From the NCBI GenBank assembly GCA_038207335.1, contig JBBQZX010000012.1:32001-96000 (forward strand): a stretch of DNA of 64,000 nt, in the 5' to 3' direction. Positions 28,401 to 36,800 of the stretch are shown piece by piece. The stretch comes from Chthoniobacterales bacterium (GTDB lineage: Bacteria > Verrucomicrobiota > Verrucomicrobiia > Chthoniobacterales > Chthoniobacteraceae). Every line of letters starts with the position of its first letter. Position 1 is the first letter of the stretch. The position numbers and the translations under genes were made by a program. The notes beneath the pieces are model-generated. The model worked only from the letters and a program-made list of their open reading frames with translations. It made no database searches and had not been told where the DNA came from.

Positions 28401-29337
28401 TGCGGGCGGCGGCGGGATCGGGATCACGGCGGGGAGTGTGAAGATCGAGAGCGCGCCACGGCAGATCGCAGGCATTTTCGCCGAGGCTGGTCAGGGTGCG
28501 ACCGGGCACGGCGGGAACCTCTCCGTCTTCACGAACGACCTGACGATCGACGGCAGCGACGCGCTCATTTCCGCGACCTCGAAAGGCCGGGGTCGCAGCG
28601 GAAATGTCCGCATCGAGGCGGGCGATGTCCGGCTCTTCGACCACGCCCGGATCGCGAGCGGAAACCTCAGCGTGGGCGACGCAGGGAGCGTGACGGTGAG
28701 CGCGCGGAAATTGATCAGCCTACAGAATCATTCACTTGTCACGACCTCTGCAACGGTCGGCGATGCTGGCCTCATTTCGCTCGCCTCGGGCGACCGCATC
28801 GAGCTCCGCGAAAGCACGGTCTCGGCGTCCGCGGGTAGCAACGGCGGGAGCATTCGCCTCTCGAGCCCGAACCTCGTCGACCTCCGCGACAGCGAAATCT
28901 CCGCCACCGCAGGTGCCGTCGTGCGCACGCATCCGGGCGGCCTCGCCGGAGTTGCAGGCACAGGCGGAAACATCGAAATCGATCCCACATTCATCATCCT
29001 CGATCACTCCACGATCAGCGCGAACGCTGCCGCCGGACAGGGCGGAAATATCAGCCTCGTCTCCGATTTCTTATTTCAATCGGAAAGCTCGATCACCGCC
29101 ACCGGCACCACCGCCGGAACCGTGAGTATCGCCGCGCCGGAACTCGACCTGACCAATGGACTCAATGTGTTGACCGGCTCGCTGCTCGATGCGTCCGCGC
29201 AATTACGAGATCAATGCGCACGACGCCTCGGGATGGATTTCAGCAGCCTCCTGGTGCTCGGTCGCGGCGGAGTCTCCGCGAGCCCGAGCGAATCCCAGGT
29301 GGACATCTCGACGCGCAAAAAAGTGCGACGACGTTGA
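25462..29337 (+). CDS. Filamentous hemagglutinin family TpsA exoprotein (copy 1)
   Basis: Signal peptide, TPS domain (GGNLFHSFDRF, NILARVTGG, ANLYFINSAGVMFG), many G(N/D)(A/G)GxIxIxA beta-helix repeats, C-terminal QLRDQCARRLG.DFSSLLVLGRGG. Confidence 0.9.
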   Translation: MHPPVELPRIFCRFGILLPILAGSIAAPVLGGVTPDGRLGTSVTQNGFDFTITAGSQHGGNLFHSFDRFDLSAGESATFQGLSSVQNILARVTGGSASSIDGTLRSAIPGANLYFINSAGVMFGPNAHLDITGSFTVTTADYVKLADAARFDARPGTNDLTLTSAPVSAFGFVNPTPAAITFTDTQTLLPDGQSFSAIGGDLLLDGATIRGAGSRVNLVSVRSAGLVVLAPANPLSSVDVSTFGQMGEARLTRYATIDTSGSVGGKVVIRGGKLVLDTGRIRSGTSSSSTGGAIDILAKESVLVTDSARAPDASYFTSEISTYSDGTGAAGALDVEAPLITISRGGNLNSIAHESATATGRGGDIGLRALKLEILDNFSIVGVNTSGPGTSGNIRVDANEVLFRGSIVNGYTGLTSSSTMQGSGGGNGGHISLFATGTIAVIEGAQIDSRTSGSGAGGAIFLQAPRLAVVDGSFISVSTVGTENSLPLQNAGASGNITLDVSRSIEIAGGSAIISSTQNSGTGGNILVLGNSELSIHAPQLNQFSGIFANSVPGPTGFDSDTIYGRGGSIEIHASKLHLEGATNISVSTFTTGHGGDLRIDAGTIFVSGKGIPAGDFDTDFALGIVAETEDYEGAAGMIVVNANEITVRDGGVISSSTNGDGNAGALKIRAGSLLLDGSGSDRFTGIFAASVGGEDAGRGGCITVNAGDLRIFNGAGIASSTVGGGDAGDVFITADNAVISHARQSQLLDSTGTPILFAGIAANVVGAETIGRGGNIEAHFGSLEISDGATITASTAGRGRGGSVLVDAPLLRLSSGASIESSTTSSGNGGMVKVSAGTVLIDGGRITATTTARGAAGAVEVVADSVTVRGPTSLISSESRGTKNGGAAGEIHLEISGALRLEDGARVSSTTFGSGAGGRVRISAGSADFTGGNSGAFTGISAETLAARGGGAGGDIGLQIGGLLHLGKLGQISADTFGDAGGGGIGITAGSVKIESAPRQIAGIFAEAGQGATGHGGNLSVFTNDLTIDGSDALISATSKGRGRSGNVRIEAGDVRLFDHARIASGNLSVGDAGSVTVSARKLISLQNHSLVTTSATVGDAGLISLASGDRIELRESTVSASAGSNGGSIRLSSPNLVDLRDSEISATAGAVVRTHPGGLAGVAGTGGNIEIDPTFIILDHSTISANAAAGQGGNISLVSDFLFQSESSITATGTTAGTVSIAAPELDLTNGLNVLTGSLLDASAQLRDQCARRLGMDFSSLLVLGRGGVSASPSESQVDISTRKKVRRR

Positions 29338-29382
29338 TCGTCCTCAGGGCGCGTCCTGCACGGTTAATGAAAGGAATCCTGC

Positions 29383-29402
29383 CGCGCTCGGTCTTGAGCG
29401 CG
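29383..29402. terminator. Possible hairpin between the convergent tpsA1 and CHAT genes
   Basis: CGCGCTC-GGTCTT-GAGCGCG 7-bp stem; no U tract. Confidence 0.2.
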
Positions 29403-29406
29403 CGAC

Positions 29407-31821
29407 TCACAGCCAGTTGCCGATGATGAGGTAGGGAGCCCAGAGGCACGGGTGACTGAATCGTTCGTCACCGAGGAGGTTCACCTGCGCTTTTTGGAGT
29501 GCCTGTGCTTTGGAGAGCTGCGGCTGGTCCCGCAGCGTGGTGTAGAATTCGGTGACGAGGTTGGTGGAGGCTTGGTCGCTAACGTTCCAGAGCGTTGCGA
29601 ACGCCGCGCGCGCACCGGCTTTTACGGCGATCCCGGCTAGTCCCAGCGCGGCGCGATCGGAGCGGTCGTCGCCCGCCGCGGTCTGGCACGCACTGAGCGT
29701 GAGGAGTTCGACGGGATGATCGCGGAGCTGGCTTGGGCGGATGAGTTTTTCGAGTGCGTCGAGCGTGAAGTGGTCGTCGTAGGTGAGGACGAAGGTCTTG
29801 TTCACGTCGCCGCTGAACTCGCCGTGCGAGGCGATGTGGACGATCGAGTAGGAATGCTCGTCGAATTCCTTCGTCACATTGTCGGCGAGGAAAGCGCGGT
29901 TCATCATCGGCTTGGCTCGATAAAGTTCGCCCACCTGTTTTAGCTCGGAATCGACGAACGGCAGCGCCGGATAGCCTTGTACCGAGTCGGAAAGCCCGCT
30001 GGCCATGAGGGTGAGGTTCTCGCGGGCGATGGGGCGTGGCTCCATGAGCGTGAGGCCGGGCGTCACGGCTACGGCATATTTTTCGACGAGGAACTTCTGA
30101 CGATCGTGGAGTGCGGCCATCGGGATCGTCCGCAGCGCGCCGTCGGGTATGAAGACGAGCGTGTCGATTTTATGCTCCGCGAGCAGCGGGTCGAGCGGAC
30201 GGATGAGCCAGTCGTAGAGCTGCCACGCCCCGACGAGATATTCGTTGGTGGTTCGTTTTTCGAGTTGCTGACGGAACGTGCGCACCGTCTCGGTGAGTCG
30301 CTCAGCACCGACGGCGAGCTTCACGCGGTGCAGTCCGTCCGAGAGGCTCAGGATCGTCTCGGTGCGGTCGTGGAGCGGGATGAAGTAGATCACCGCCGTC
30401 GTGCGCGTGGCTGCCGCGAGCCTGGATCCTGCACCGTGTGGGTCGGCACCGGGCTTGGGTTGCAGGACGTCCTCGACCGACTCGCGCTTTTTCTTCAGCA
30501 GGCTCACACAGTCGTCCTGAAAGTAGTCTTCGAGTTCAACAGACTTCAGTTGCTCGCAGACATCGCGGGCTTGCATGAGGCACGCGGCGAGTTGTTTTTC
30601 GTCGCGGATGCCGTCGGCGAGCTGGAGCAAAAGATCCGCGAGGTCGAAATACACGCCACCCACTGCCTCGCGAAATGACGAGTGGGCGTTCACATTTCCC
30701 AACCGCGCGGAAAGGTCCGTGCGGATTTTTGCCAGCAAAACTGTCGCGCGCTTGCAGGCGTCGATCGCGTCGTCGCGCCGGCCTTGGGCTCGGAGGATGC
30801 GACCGCTCTGCCACTCCCATTGGTAGAGGATGTCCGGTGCTTGGATTTTCTGCGCGAGAAAAGTCGCGCGGCTCGTGAGCCGCAACGCGTCGTCCGATCT
30901 TTTTTCCTGCTCATAAAGATGGCCGCTGTAGCCCAGCGCATACGACAGGGCGCCGTCATCGCCGATCTCCTCCGCGGTTGCAGCGGCCGCGTGGTAAGCG
31001 TTCAGCGCGGCGGCGCGACGTTTTCTTTCGTGAGCGGGAGCGCGGTCGAAAATCTCCTCCCACGTCTTCCCGACGCGCAGAAACGTGAACGCTTTTTTAT
31101 GCGAGTCGGGGAGTGCTGACGCAGCCTTGATCGCCGCGTCGTTGAACTTTGAAGCGTGCTCGAAATCGCCGCTGGCCACGGCGGACTGCGCGAGGTTCGC
31201 GAGTGCTTTCGCTTGCAGCTCTTTTTCACCCGCGGCGTCCGCAAACGCGATCGCCTCGTGGTAGCTCGCGAGCGCGTCGGGAAATTTCTCCTGCGCGGCA
31301 AGCAGGTTGCCGAGGTTATTGAGCACGGAGGCAAGGAGCGCGGGTGCTTTCTCTTCACGCGCCAAAGCGAGTGCTTCGCGGAGCCATTGCTCAGCGGCTT
31401 CACCACTTCGCGAAAAGATGCTGATCGCACCGAGATTCGACAGCGAAGTCGCGAGGCGCTCGCGATCGTGCGCGTCTCGCGCGAGCTGGATCGCCTCTTG
31501 AAATGCATCGACCGCGAGGCGCTGCTGCCCGAGTGCGTGATAGCACCCGCCGAGGTAGCCGAGCGTGTCGATGAGATCAGCGGTCCGATTGCTGCGACGA
31601 TAGAACTCCGCCGCGTGCCTCCACTGATCGACCGCGGCCTCGAAAGAACCATTCTCGAACAGCCGAGCCCCCTCTTGCGTGGCCGTGTCTGCCCGCCTCT
31701 CGTCGGCTTCGTTTGCGAATGACACCGATGCCAGCGCTACGAGGATGAGCAAGCTACGGAGGCTACCCATGACCCGTAAAAACACGGGGTTTCGTGGCTG
31801 GACACTCACCGAGTTCATCAT
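29407..31821 (-). CDS. TPR + CHAT domain (caspase-like) protease, probably exported
   Basis: Hydrophobic leader LRSLLILVALASVSFA, TPR-like repeats, CHAT motifs LVFIPDGALRTIPMAAL, VHIASHGEF (His), LTLSACQTA (Cys), ATLWNVSD, HPCLWAPYLIIGNW; exact start uncertain (31863/31821/31770). Confidence 0.9.
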   Translation of the reverse strand: MMNSVSVQPRNPVFLRVMGSLRSLLILVALASVSFANEADERRADTATQEGARLFENGSFEAAVDQWRHAAEFYRRSNRTADLIDTLGYLGGCYHALGQQRLAVDAFQEAIQLARDAHDRERLATSLSNLGAISIFSRSGEAAEQWLREALALAREEKAPALLASVLNNLGNLLAAQEKFPDALASYHEAIAFADAAGEKELQAKALANLAQSAVASGDFEHASKFNDAAIKAASALPDSHKKAFTFLRVGKTWEEIFDRAPAHERKRRAAALNAYHAAAATAEEIGDDGALSYALGYSGHLYEQEKRSDDALRLTSRATFLAQKIQAPDILYQWEWQSGRILRAQGRRDDAIDACKRATVLLAKIRTDLSARLGNVNAHSSFREAVGGVYFDLADLLLQLADGIRDEKQLAACLMQARDVCEQLKSVELEDYFQDDCVSLLKKKRESVEDVLQPKPGADPHGAGSRLAAATRTTAVIYFIPLHDRTETILSLSDGLHRVKLAVGAERLTETVRTFRQQLEKRTTNEYLVGAWQLYDWLIRPLDPLLAEHKIDTLVFIPDGALRTIPMAALHDRQKFLVEKYAVAVTPGLTLMEPRPIARENLTLMASGLSDSVQGYPALPFVDSELKQVGELYRAKPMMNRAFLADNVTKEFDEHSYSIVHIASHGEFSGDVNKTFVLTYDDHFTLDALEKLIRPSQLRDHPVELLTLSACQTAAGDDRSDRAALGLAGIAVKAGARAAFATLWNVSDQASTNLVTEFYTTLRDQPQLSKAQALQKAQVNLLGDERFSHPCLWAPYLIIGNWL

Positions 31822-31912
31822 GGGTTTTGTGTTCTCCAGAGTCGTGCGAGTTGCGATCGGCATCGGGAAGAGCGGAGCCACGGAGGCAGATCGAAAGGAA
31901 CAGCAGGGCACC

Positions 31913-33871
31913 TCAGAATGCCGCGATGCTGAGCGTGAAGTGCAGGCCGTAGTCCTGGATGTTTTTGCCGTCGCTAAAGGTGTTTTTGTGGTTGAACGCG
32001 TAGCCCCAATAGACTTGCGCGGTCACGTACTTCGATGGCGTGAAAAGTACGCCGATGCCGAGGCTTGTCAGCGTTTCCGTCCGGTCGTCGATCTGGTTTT
32101 TCGGCGGCTTTTTCCCGATAAATTCCACGCGATCCCACCCGATCCCGAAGTCGAAAAACGGGGCAAGCGTGAGGATGGGATTCTTCTCCTTTCCTCTCCA
32201 GACGGGCACTCGCAGCTCGGCAGACGCGAAGACGCCGTTGTCGCGGAGCAGCAGATTTTCCCGATAGCCACGAACGCTTTGCGCACCGCCGAGGCTGTAT
32301 TGTTCGAGCGAAAGCAGCGGGTCGTTTGAGAACTGCGCGTTGAGCCGCAGCACCGCGAGGTTGTCCGTGTCGAAGAGCCGCCGAACATATTGCCCCTGCC
32401 CCAGCCACGAGACGAATTGCCCATCCGGCAGCCGCCGCCGCGCGCCCGCCCCCGTCCCGCCCGACGCCCCGCCGACATTGCGCGTCGCGTCGAACTCATT
32501 GATCCCCACATTGAATGTCGAGCGCAGCGCAAGCACATGTTTTTGGCTGCGATTCACCACCTCCAGCGCGAACCGCAGCACCGACACGCGCGTCTCTCCA
32601 TCGAACGCACCCGCAGACAACGTGAACGGCTGCCCGAGCAAAAACGACCGACTCTCGCGCCGGTCGAAAGTCAGCGACGTCGAGACCTCCGTATTCACGC
32701 TTTCCCACCACGGCTGTCGCAGTGTCGCGCCCACTTGCTTCGTTTTGCTCGTGATATTCAACGCCGAAAACTGCTCCTCCACAATCGACGAATCGAACCG
32801 GCTCCCATGCACCTCTAGCGTCGTGTGCCACGGCGAAATCGGAAAACGATACGACCCCTCGATATTTTCCAAGTCGCTGAACTCCCACCGATCCGGCGTC
32901 TCCGAGACCGCGTGCACCGGGCTCCAGCGGAAGAAAATCGGATCGCTGTGCCCCGTGAGATTCAAGTCGGCGAGCGACACATCCACGATCTCCGAGCCCA
33001 CGCTCGGCGGGCGGCGATTACTCACCTCCACACCGAACCGAAACGGCTGAATTTCCTTCACCTCGGCCTTCAAGATCGATTCCCCAAGCTTCCCGCCCGG
33101 CATCAGCTCCGCATTGATCTGCGCGATCCCCGGGTCCTGCCGCAGCAATTGCAGCCGCTCCTTGAGCTGGTTGAAATTCAGCGGCTTCCCCGCCGCGCGA
33201 CGCAGCTCGTGCCGCAGCCACCACGGTCGGAACCACCAGGAGCCGCCCAGCTCGATCTTCGTCAGCCGCCCCTCGATCACATCCATCTCGATCGCCCCAC
33301 CATTCAAATCCTGATCCGGCAACACTGCGCCCGACGTGATGTAGCCCGCATCCACATACTTCGCCGTCACCGCCAACCGTGCTTCCTCCAGCTCCTCGCT
33401 CGTCACCTCGCGTTTCGAAAATGGCGCCACCACCTTTTGCAATGCGCTGTTGGAAAAGACGCGGTTTCCATTGAAAACGAACCTCTCCACCCGGATTCGC
33501 AGCGCCGAGGCCAGCCGGCGTTCATCCGCCCAGCCTGGCGCGAGCGGCGGAAGCACGGGCTCGATCGCGGCGGGCTCGAGATGCAGCCGCACCGGCGCGG
33601 CGATCTCCCCCGCCCCATCGGCCGCAGTCGGACGCGGCGTCAGCTCGATCTCCTCCGGCATGAGCGGCGGCGGCTCCACGCCCGCCGGCTCAGGATTCGC
33701 GGGCAGCGGCTCCACGGCCGGCAGTGGCTCCTTGTTCGGCGTCTGCTGTGCACTCGCAACGGAAAGCAGCACGCCAAAATGCGCGATCACCAGCAGCCGC
33801 AGTCGTCTCCAGAGGGGTGGAAAAATCACGCGTGCGAGTGTGCGAATCCGTGCTTCTACGGCGAGCGTCAA
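31913..33871 (-). CDS. ShlB/FhaC/HecB family two-partner secretion transporter (TpsB)
   Basis: POTRA motifs (FNGNRVFS, YVDAGYITSGAVLPDQ, VIEGRL), VRGYREN barrel motif, C-terminal Phe; start overlaps the tpsA2 stop. Confidence 0.92.
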   Translation of the reverse strand: MTLAVEARIRTLARVIFPPLWRRLRLLVIAHFGVLLSVASAQQTPNKEPLPAVEPLPANPEPAGVEPPPLMPEEIELTPRPTAADGAGEIAAPVRLHLEPAAIEPVLPPLAPGWADERRLASALRIRVERFVFNGNRVFSNSALQKVVAPFSKREVTSEELEEARLAVTAKYVDAGYITSGAVLPDQDLNGGAIEMDVIEGRLTKIELGGSWWFRPWWLRHELRRAAGKPLNFNQLKERLQLLRQDPGIAQINAELMPGGKLGESILKAEVKEIQPFRFGVEVSNRRPPSVGSEIVDVSLADLNLTGHSDPIFFRWSPVHAVSETPDRWEFSDLENIEGSYRFPISPWHTTLEVHGSRFDSSIVEEQFSALNITSKTKQVGATLRQPWWESVNTEVSTSLTFDRRESRSFLLGQPFTLSAGAFDGETRVSVLRFALEVVNRSQKHVLALRSTFNVGINEFDATRNVGGASGGTGAGARRRLPDGQFVSWLGQGQYVRRLFDTDNLAVLRLNAQFSNDPLLSLEQYSLGGAQSVRGYRENLLLRDNGVFASAELRVPVWRGKEKNPILTLAPFFDFGIGWDRVEFIGKKPPKNQIDDRTETLTSLGIGVLFTPSKYVTAQVYWGYAFNHKNTFSDGKNIQDYGLHFTLSIAAF

Positions 33872-36800
33872 TGCGTCGGAAGCCTCACTTTTTCACGCCG
33901 CCGCGTCGCCGACCGAATCGCCGGCGCCTCATCCGGCCCGATCTCCGCGCCGCCGCGCCCGAGCACAAGTATCGAACTGAAATCCAGCCCGAGCCGCGCT
34001 GCACACTGATCGCGGAGCTGCACCGAGGCGTCGATCAAAGAGACAGGTAAACTGGCAAGCCCATTGGCCAGATCGAGTTCCGGTGCGACCACTTCGACCG
34101 TCCCGGCAGTGAGCCCCGTCGCGGAAATGCTGCTCTCCGACGTGAAGAAGTTGTCCGCTTCGAGACGAATGTTTCCCCCGCGCCCGACCGCCGCATTCGC
34201 GCTGATCGTCGCGTGGTCGAGGATGAGAAACTCGGGGTCGATCGTGATGTTCCCCCCGGCGCCCCCGCCCGCCTCCGCCAAGCGGACGCTGCCTGCGGTC
34301 GCGGCCACGGTGCTGTGATCGATGGAGATGAAATCAGGCGCCGTGAGCGTGATATTCCCCCCGCTCATCGCCGCGGACGCAGCGATCGTCGAGCCACCCA
34401 CGATTTCGATTCGATGATGCGCGTTGACTTCGATCGCGCCTGCATTTGAGCGGTCTGAAGAAACCGTAACGAGTGCGCCATCGAATAAGTTCACCCGCTC
34501 GACCTCCAGCCGGATCGAACCGGCCGATCCGAGATCGAATGCGGATGCAGCGATCCGTGAACCTCGGCCACTGAGTTCGAGAATCCCGGCGTAGACGTCA
34601 ATCGTGCCTCCGCTACCGGTGTCACTGTGGCTATTGGCAAAAATTCCACCTTGATTCGAGACATCAGCAGCTGTGATGCGAAGTTTCGCGCTTTCAATCG
34701 CAATGTCGCCACCTGTACCATCGCCGAACGTCGTCGCGGAAATTGCGCTGCCGTCAGTGATGAGCAGCTCTTTGGCACGAACCCGGATACTGCCACCCTC
34801 ACCGATCCCGCCCTCCGAGACGCGAGCGGCAATTCCATTGAAGTGCAAGCGACCGCCTTGCGCGAGCGAGACACTACCCGCATCTATAGAAATGTTCCCT
34901 CCGTCGCCGAGACCCGCAGTGTTGGCCGAGATTTCGCTTCCTCCGAGAATGTTGATGCGACCGCTCTCAATGAGGATGTTCCCCCCGTTTCCAACGGCTC
35001 CAGTTCTTACGCCTGCCGAAATCGTATTCAAATAGCGGCCCTTGCGATCGAGCGTTATGAGACTCGCAGCAATTTTCACGTCACCCCCGTTTCCACGCCC
35101 CAGCGTTTCCGTGGAAATCTGCGAGCCACCGACTATCGAAATGTCGTGGGCGGTGATCGAAATCTTGCCGCCATGTCCCGAGCCGTCCGGATTTACTCGC
35201 GCAAAAATGCCATTTGGAAAATTCAAATTTCGCCCATCAAGCGAGAGATCATCGACGGCCACAGCAATACTCCCTCCATCGCCTCTGCCGGACGTCGTCG
35301 CGGAAATGACGCTCCCGCCGCCGATAATCAGGTCACCTCCCCGAATTGAAATGCTGCCGCCCCGACCGCTCCCTCCAAGGCGCGCGAGGATTCCGCTATC
35401 GTGAGTGGAAAAATGATTGTCCAACAGGATTTGATCGGCCTCCAAATGGATGTCGCCGCCGATTCCATGCCCAAAAACCGAGGCGGAAACTACCGCCGAA
35501 CCGAAAAGTTGGAATTTCCCGGCCGTGACATCGATGACGCCGCCATTCCCCACAGCGCCAACATTTACATCGCTAAAAATGCCGGTGTCATAGTCGTAAC
35601 CTTGTCCGTCGATTGAAAACTTTCCGGCGGAGATCGAGATATTCCCGCTGTTGCCTTTCCCGAATGTCTCGGCGGAAATCTGACCCGCAGGCCCAATCGT
35701 GATCTCGTCCGCTTCGACGTGGACGTTGCCACTGCCGCCGATTCCGCTTTCTCCGACGTCGGCAAAGATCCCGCTGACTCCCAGACCTTCGAGCGCGTCG
35801 ATGTGAAGCTTACTCGCCTTCACATGAATTTCGCCCCCATCACCGCGACCGAATGTTTCGGCCGAGATCACCCCGCCGCCTGTTATGCTCATATCACGAC
35901 TTGCAACGAAAATTTTCCCTCCGTTCCCGATGGCTCCATCTTCGACCGTGCTTTGAATACCGGTGGTATTCACCCCGCCCACCCCATCGATGCGGATGAC
36001 GCCGGAATGAACACGGATGTCCCCACCGCTGCCTTGCCCCGAAGTTTGAGCGGAGATCACGCTGTCGCCCAAAAGTCTGAGTTCGTCACTGACCACAGTC
36101 ACATTCCCGCTGTTGCCTTTCCCGGTGTCCTGGACATCGGAAAAGATGCCGCTCGAGGAAGCGCTTCCGTCGAATTGCTCCACCCTGATTGACTTCGCGT
36201 GCACAGAAACGTCGCCACCGGTGCCGATCCCAAAGAGTGACGCCGAGATATCGGCTGACTTGATTTGGAGCCGGGCTACAGTCACGGCGATATTGCCACC
36301 CCTCCCAATCCCCGTTTCGCGGACATTCGCGGAAATTCCCGTCGCGTTTCTTGTCCCCGAGCCATCAATGGAGAATTCAAGCGCGTCAACCCGCAGACTC
36401 CCGCCATTACCCTGTCCGCGAGTGTCGGCGGATATTCGTCCGCCAGGACCGATCAATAGTTGGTCGGCATGAATCCCAATTTTCCCGCCATTTCCCTTGG
36501 CGGTCGACTGGACGGTGGCGAAAATACCAGTCGGATCATCGTTGCCCATTCCATCGATTTGCAAGGTTCCGGCACCGATGTGGACTGCGCCGCCACCGCC
36601 GACACCCTGTGTGTTCGATGCGATCTGGCCTCCTGAAAAAATCGATAACCTGTTGACCTCAATCGCGACGTCGCCGCCATGACCGATCCCTGTCTTACCT
36701 ACGCCCGCGAAAACGCCGGTGCCAGTCGTATCGCCAAGCCCATCGATGAGCAGCATTTCGGAAACAAGCCGGATGCCTCCCCCATTGCCGCTTCCAAAAA

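Noticed and set aside
29407..31821. TPR-CHAT as a Craspase/CRISPR or antiphage caspase
   Set aside because: No cas genes, array or gasdermin-like neighbour; it has an export-like leader and a TPS context.
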